Shown here piece by piece: positions 59,410-64,000 of a stretch of DNA of 64,000 nucleotides. Source of the stretch: an uncultured Clostridia bacterium. Lineage in GTDB: Bacteria > Bacillota > Clostridia > Christensenellales > UBA1242. The stretch is taken from the NCBI GenBank assembly GCA_930990515.1, contig CAKNPS010000001.1, forward strand, positions 226,661 to 290,660, in the 5' to 3' direction. The position numbers and the translations under genes were made by a program. Positions within the stretch are counted from its first letter, which is position 1. Each line of letters begins with the position of its first letter. A model generated the notes under the pieces. The model was not told the DNA's origin, made no database searches, and was given only the letters and a program-made list of their open reading frames with translations.

Positions 59410-59934
59410 TTAGAAGTCGTCATCGTCATCATCTTCGTCGTTTTCTTCTTCATCTTCATCGTCATCATCATAATCATCGTCATCTTCTTCGTCTTCGTCC
59501 TCGTCGTCAAACTCATCATCGAATTCTTCGTCAAGGTCAATATCTTCATCGTCGATTGTGTCATCAAAGCCGATTTCTGTGTCTAAATCGTCATCAAGCA
59601 AACTATCATCACCAATATCAGTAACTGATGCCATATCTCCTGTTTCTTCGTCTTCGTCGATGATTTCATCTTCGTCACGATTAAGATAGTCTTCCCAATC
59701 AGCATTCATTTCTCCATCTTCGCTTTGGTGTTCTTTAAGACAGGTTGAACACATAATTTCGTCTGGAGAAATATAGTTAGTTTTACAAATTGGACAAAGT
59801 TCAAGGTCTAAATCACTGGTATATTCATCTTTCTTTGCAGAAAGTTCAGCTTTGCAAACACTGCAAAGTTTTTCTTTCTTTTCAATAAAGTTAAGTTCAC
59901 ATCTTGGACATCTGATATAAACAGGTTTTCTCAT
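59410..59934 (-). CDS. Double zinc-finger protein with a long Asp/Glu tail
   Basis: CPRC..N...CSVC and CPIC..N...CSTC, then about 100 acidic-rich residues; AAGGAG RBS. Confidence 0.75.
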   Translation of the reverse strand: MRKPVYIRCPRCELNFIEKKEKLCSVCKAELSAKKDEYTSDLDLELCPICKTNYISPDEIMCSTCLKEHQSEDGEMNADWEDYLNRDEDEIIDEDEETGDMASVTDIGDDSLLDDDLDTEIGFDDTIDDEDIDLDEEFDDEFDDEDEDEEDDDDYDDDDEDEEENDEDDDDDDF

Positions 59935-59996
59935 ATAATCTCCTTGTAAATTCGTTTTATATTCTACATTTTATCATCACACTTGTCAACTATTTT

Positions 59997-60638
59997 TCAC
60001 ACTTTTTTTACACTTTTTAAATTTGCTTCAGCTTGTGAAGGACGAAGGTATAATGGATTGACATTTTCAATGCTTTCACTCTTACCATTTTCCACTAAAG
60101 TTAAGGCAAAATTAAGAAGTTCATGTGTTGTGATTTCAACGTAATCGGCATTTTCTAAAACTAAATCGCCGTTTAAACATACCTTTTTTTCTTTAATTTT
60201 TTCTAGTTCGCACCTTTCTATCATTCTCTCTTCTTTAAGTTTTATACCATTTTTATCAAATTCAGCCACAAAAAATAAATTTGAAAGAGCATTAAGAACA
60301 GTGGCAAAACTATTATTATTCTTTTGACTATAAATATATGCCATAAGCTCTAGTGACGACACTGGGAAAAATTTTGCTTTTTCGTTCACAACCGCAATTG
60401 CTTTAATGATTGCCACACCAATTCTAATTCCTGTGAAGGAACCAGGTCCAACAACCACTGCAAAATTTTCAATATCATTAATTTTCACACCCGCTTCAGT
60501 GCAAACTTCATCAATCGTTTTTAAAACATTTTCTGAATGTTTGCTTTTGGCATCAATTATTTTTTCAATTCGCTTTCCGTCATCTAAAATGAGTCCGACA
60601 TTTGCTTCCATAAAAGCGGTATTTATTGCTAAAATCAT
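59997..60638 (-). CDS. tsaB: t6A biosynthesis protein TsaB
   Basis: ILAINT, HSE, GPGSFTGIRIG, PLYLRPSQAE. Confidence 0.93.
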   Translation of the reverse strand: MILAINTAFMEANVGLILDDGKRIEKIIDAKSKHSENVLKTIDEVCTEAGVKINDIENFAVVVGPGSFTGIRIGVAIIKAIAVVNEKAKFFPVSSLELMAYIYSQKNNNSFATVLNALSNLFFVAEFDKNGIKLKEERMIERCELEKIKEKKVCLNGDLVLENADYVEITTHELLNFALTLVENGKSESIENVNPLYLRPSQAEANLKSVKKV

Positions 60639-60672
60639 ATTGCCCCCTATCTTGCTCTATATTTTACCAAGA

Positions 60673-61110
60673 CTATTTTTTATTTCCTTCTATAACTATA
60701 ATTTTTCTTGTTCTTTCGTTAATTTTTTCAATATTAATCACAAAATCCACTTGTGTGATAAGTCCTTCAACATTTTCTGCCCATTCCACAAGGCAAACTC
60801 CATCAAGCCTATCTTTGTCAAAATATTCTTCAAAACCGACTGCCAAAGCCTCTTCCATTGAAGATAAACGATACATATCAAAATGATAAATAGGAAATTT
60901 CCCATTATATGTATTAAGAAGAGTGAAAGTTGGGCTTGTAACAACATCATCACTTCCAAGATATTTAACTAAACTTTTCACAAATGTTGTTTTTCCACTT
61001 CCCAAATCGCCATTTAAAAGAATAATCATTGATGGCTTAATAATTTTACTAAAAGCCCTTGCTAAGGCATCAGTTTCGGCTAAATTATGGCTTTCCATTT
61101 CAATTTTCAT
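60673..61110 (-). CDS. tsaE: t6A biosynthesis ATPase TsaE
   Basis: GDLGSGKTT, VTSPTFTL, HFDMYRL, VEW. Confidence 0.95.
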   Translation of the reverse strand: MKIEMESHNLAETDALARAFSKIIKPSMIILLNGDLGSGKTTFVKSLVKYLGSDDVVTSPTFTLLNTYNGKFPIYHFDMYRLSSMEEALAVGFEEYFDKDRLDGVCLVEWAENVEGLITQVDFVINIEKINERTRKIIVIEGNKK

Positions 61111-61123
61111 AGTTTTCCTTCTT

Positions 61124-61696
61124 TTATTCCGTTATATTTTCTTTCTGCTTTTTGTTTTTATCCTTATATTTTTCATAATAATATTTAAGTAAAAGTCCCA
61201 AAACACCAAACACAACTGCTAGGCTCATACCTGCAATCACATCGGTTAAATAGTGTTTTCCAAGATACATTCTAGACAGCATCACAAGCCCCACATAGAC
61301 AACAAGTGCAAGCGTCACCCAAACCCTTTGTCCTTTTTTCTTGTATACTGAAAAAAGATATGCCCCTAAAAATATGGCGATTAAAGTTGCGCAAATTGTG
61401 TGTCCACTCGGCATACTGAAATCAGTTACCACATCGCCTATGTTCACAATCGTGTCTGAAACATTAAAAGGTCTAGGTCTTGCGATTGCTTCTTTCAAAA
61501 TGTTCTGAGTAAGGTATGCAAATCCGTATGTAAACAAAAACCAAAAAGCATATCTCTTTTTTGTGAATAAGAAAAAGATAACAAGAGCCACCGCACCGAC
61601 ATAACTTCCAATCAAAGAAATGACTTGAAATGCTCCGTCAAAAAATGGCGTTCTTCCTGCTTGTAAAAATTCAATTATCTTAATCTCAAAATCCAT
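61124..61696 (-). CDS. PAP2-family phosphatase
   Basis: K....RPRP, SMPSGH, SRMYLGKHYLTDV. Confidence 0.92.
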   Translation of the reverse strand: MDFEIKIIEFLQAGRTPFFDGAFQVISLIGSYVGAVALVIFFLFTKKRYAFWFLFTYGFAYLTQNILKEAIARPRPFNVSDTIVNIGDVVTDFSMPSGHTICATLIAIFLGAYLFSVYKKKGQRVWVTLALVVYVGLVMLSRMYLGKHYLTDVIAGMSLAVVFGVLGLLLKYYYEKYKDKNKKQKENITE

Positions 61697-61759
61697 AAGA
61701 ATATTTTACCAAATTTAACGCAAAAAAACAAATATATTTAATAATTGATAAAAATATTT

Positions 61760-61784
61760 AAAAAACAGGCAATGCCTGTTTTTT
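61760..61784. terminator. Intrinsic terminator
   Basis: AAAAAACAGGC-AAT-GCCTGTTTTTT. Confidence 0.7.
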
Positions 61785-61790
61785 GTTAAT

Positions 61791-62008
61791 AAAATCTAGA
61801 AAGTGCTACAAGCACCAATCCGTGATTGGATATTTTGAGAATATTTGCTAAACAACTTAATTGCTAATGTTTAAACATTACTCCGCTAAAATCTAGAAAG
61901 TGCTACAAGCACCAATCCGTGATTGGATTTTTTGAGAATATTTGCAAAATATTTAAATACTAATTTTCAAAACAACCATTGCTAGAATCTAGAAAGTGTC
62001 ATAGACAC
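61791..62008. repeat. ~97-bp palindrome-rich tandem repeat, locus B
   Basis: AAAATCTAGAAAGTGCTACAAGCACCAATCCGTGATTGGAT at 61791 and 61888; third TCTAGA at 61988. Confidence 0.9.
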
Positions 62009-62226
62009 CCAAAAGTTTTGACATTAACTGTAATTCTAACTCCTAAAAGATTTTGCATTATGGCTTGTGTAACTGTCCCAAGTCTTGTTATACATTCCGC
62101 ATTGTTTAAATTAGAACCAACATCGCGTGTCCAATACATTAGATTATTTCCTTTATTTTTCAATATGTCAGAAACTAAATCAGAAAACTCGACTTCATAG
62201 TTTCCACTACCAAATACTTCATCCAT
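61999..62226 (-). pseudogene. Orphan C-terminal fragment paralogous to the tip of the 48549-52606 lipoprotein
   Basis: 39 of the last 49 aa are identical to the lipoprotein C-terminus; no SD; in-frame stop 8 codons upstream. Confidence 0.85.
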
Positions 62227-62257
62227 TTCTTTTAAAGAAAAATAAATTTATACAATT

Positions 62258-62280
62258 AAAAAAAGTGGCATTGCCACTTA
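62258..62280 (-). terminator. Intrinsic terminator of ssb
   Basis: Minus strand AAGTGGC-AAT-GCCACTT followed by a T run. Confidence 0.7.
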
Positions 62281-62943
62281 AATAATTTCTTTTCCTAAAT
62301 CTTCTTGATGCTTACTTTTTTCAACAATCGCCACAAAATCACAAGAAACTTCAAATGCTGTTCGTTCTTCAACTTCACCATTTTCCAGTTTTTTTGTATA
62401 AATCCTTGATTGTATTCTACCTTTCGTTTCAATCTTCGTGCCAACTGACTGGTCAGCAATAAAACGAGCATTCCTTCCCCAAAGTATGCAAGGAATATAG
62501 TCAGAACGATGATTGTTTGGTCTATTAACTGCAAGAAGTATATCACAGATTTCACGATTGAAAGGTGTGGTGCGATAAACTGGTGGCTTGCAAATGAAAC
62601 CTGTAAGTTTCACATCATTTTTATCTTGCTCATCGGTCTTTTCAATGTCTTTCGCAAAAAAGTGAAGAATAAGTTTGTTTCTATCATCAACATTTTTGTT
62701 GTGACTACGATATTGCCCAAAAAGCAAAACTCTATCTCCCAACTTAAATTCTTTTGTCCCCATTGACCTTTCACTGATTGTCACAGGAATTATGTCCTTG
62801 GCTTTCGACAATCTTTCAACTTCCACTTCAAAATCTAAAAATCTTTCGCCTTCAATTTCGTGAGTAACAGTAGGAAGTTTAGAAATTGTTCCAACAACCT
62901 CAGCGACATTTGTTTGTCTTTCTTCTAATGTTTTGTAATTCAT
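62278..62943 (-). CDS. ssb: Single-stranded DNA-binding protein, clostridial tandem-OB type
   Basis: VERLS...DIIPVTISER, GQYRS, CKPPVYRTTPFNREICD.LLAVNR, SDYIPCILWGRNA, GRIQSR.Y.K. Confidence 0.88.
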   Translation of the reverse strand: MNYKTLEERQTNVAEVVGTISKLPTVTHEIEGERFLDFEVEVERLSKAKDIIPVTISERSMGTKEFKLGDRVLLFGQYRSHNKNVDDRNKLILHFFAKDIEKTDEQDKNDVKLTGFICKPPVYRTTPFNREICDILLAVNRPNNHRSDYIPCILWGRNARFIADQSVGTKIETKGRIQSRIYTKKLENGEVEERTAFEVSCDFVAIVEKSKHQEDLGKEII

Positions 62944-62956
62944 ATTTTCATCTCCT

Positions 62957-63721
62957 TTAATTTGTGTGTTGTATGCCGTTTCTATCAATTGTATAATTGT
63001 CAGCGTAGATTAAATCAGAAACACAGCCAATTGTGTAACCTTTATTTTGAAGTGTTGTTAAAATAAGTCTAAGGCCATCTAAAATGTTATCGGAATTATT
63101 ATGCATCAAAATGATTGAACCGTTTTTCACTTTGCTTACAACACGATTATTCATTTCACTAGCAGATAACCCTTTCCAATCAAGAGTGTCAACATCCCAT
63201 TGAATTGTTTTAAGTCCAAGTTCATCAGTGACATCTAAAAGAGTGTTGTTGTATGAACCAAAAGGTGCTCTAAAGAGTGTTACATCTTTTTCTGTCACAC
63301 TTTCAATCTTTTCTATGGAAGTTGTAAGTTCTTCTTTGATGCTCTCTTTTGACAATTTGACCATATCTGGATGTGTGTTTGAGTGAGTTCCAATTTCACA
63401 CCCTGCTTCATCAATTTTCTTGACAATGTCGCCATATTCGTCCACCCAAAAGCCTACAAGAAAGAAAGTTGCGTTGACATCGAATTCATCTAGGATTGCA
63501 AGAATATCTTCCGTTTTATCTGCTCCCCACGCGGCATCAAAGGAAATCGCCACCCGTTTTTCTGGAGTATCAACACAGTAAATCGGAACTTTCCTAGGAG
63601 CATAGCCAAAAAACACTTGTGCAGAAGTTGCTCCATTGACGGAAAGAGAAAGTAAGACAAGAACTAAAAGCATAATAAACCCAATTTTAATTGTTCTTGA
63701 TTTGATAACGCAGAAATGCAT
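62957..63721 (-). CDS. Polysaccharide deacetylase, PdaB-like
   Basis: ISFDAAWGAD, ATFFLVGFW, EIGTHSNTHP, FRAPFG, WDVDTLDW, ILMHN. Confidence 0.88.
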   Translation of the reverse strand: MHFCVIKSRTIKIGFIMLLVLVLLSLSVNGATSAQVFFGYAPRKVPIYCVDTPEKRVAISFDAAWGADKTEDILAILDEFDVNATFFLVGFWVDEYGDIVKKIDEAGCEIGTHSNTHPDMVKLSKESIKEELTTSIEKIESVTEKDVTLFRAPFGSYNNTLLDVTDELGLKTIQWDVDTLDWKGLSASEMNNRVVSKVKNGSIILMHNNSDNILDGLRLILTTLQNKGYTIGCVSDLIYADNYTIDRNGIQHTN

Positions 63722-63912
63722 ACAAACCTCGCTTTAATTATATAATTTTGAAAATAAAACTACTTGTATAATTTTTTCTAAAAAAGTTGAAAATTCGCCA
63801 ATTTTGTCGAAAGGTTAAAAATCTTCCACTGCTTGACAAAAATAATATATTAAGGCAAAAAACAAAATAGAACAAGCAACGCTTGCTCTATTTTAAAATT
63901 TAATTATTTCAT

Positions 63913-64000
63913 TTAATCTTCAAAGTTATAAGCGCCTAAAACCTTTCCTTTGACTTCTTGTGTGCCAGGACTAAGCCTATTGTTTGTCACTTTCATTTTC
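63913..64000 (-). CDS. 3' end of a gene entering from beyond the window
   Basis: Open frame ...KMKVTNNRLSPGTQEVKGKVLGAYNFED-stop, followed by a hairpin near 63862-63893. Confidence 0.4.
   Translation of the reverse strand, partial: KMKVTNNRLSPGTQEVKGKVLGAYNFED

Noticed and set aside
59415-59620. TCA/TCG trinucleotide microsatellite
   Set aside because: It is the reverse complement of mixed Asp/Glu codons in an acidic protein tail, not a pure repeat.
61791-62008. CRISPR array
   Set aside because: The supposed spacers are homologous to each other and to locus A, the period is about 97 bp, there are only 2-3 units, and no cas genes are present.
61999-62226. DGR template repeat for the lipoprotein C-terminus
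   Set aside because: Differences are not adenine-specific. Many are C/T synonymous changes (TCC/TCT, GAC/GAT, GGC/GGT, TGC/TGT), and there is a 9-nt indel. No reverse transcriptase or avd gene is in the window.

Overview
AT-rich chromosomal segment from a spore-forming clostridial-type Firmicute, inferred from spoIIAA-spoIIAB-sigF, spoIIM, spoIVFB and dacF. Most genes are housekeeping and lie on the minus strand: mnmA, scpAB, miaA-mutL-mutS-miaB, recA, pgsA-rimO-ftsK, minD, tsaBE and ssb. There is a six-tRNA cluster at 13.3-14.3 kb, and several orphan genes interrupt otherwise conserved neighbourhoods. No integrase, transposase, reverse transcriptase or cas gene is visible. Best leads: (1) A ~1350-aa surface lipoprotein (48549-52606) is out of frame at a G9 tract just after its lipobox. 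A diverged orphan copy of its C-terminal tip lies 13.45 kb away, and both copies end in the same ~97-bp palindrome-rich tandem repeat with compensatory base changes. This is a candidate phase/antigenic-variation system. (2) A ~500-aa orphan protein with two RxxxxH (HEPN-type) motifs and an apparent 5' frameshift sits directly upstream of the tRNA cluster. (3) Two further structured tandem duplications occur, one at the tRNA-Phe 3' end and one at 42.1-42.4 kb. (4) Unusual enzymes: a serine-palmitoyltransferase-like PLP enzyme, a double-domain cytidylate kinase, a MiaB without TRAM, and several apparently degenerate enzymes. All family calls come from motif recognition by eye, not from database searches.
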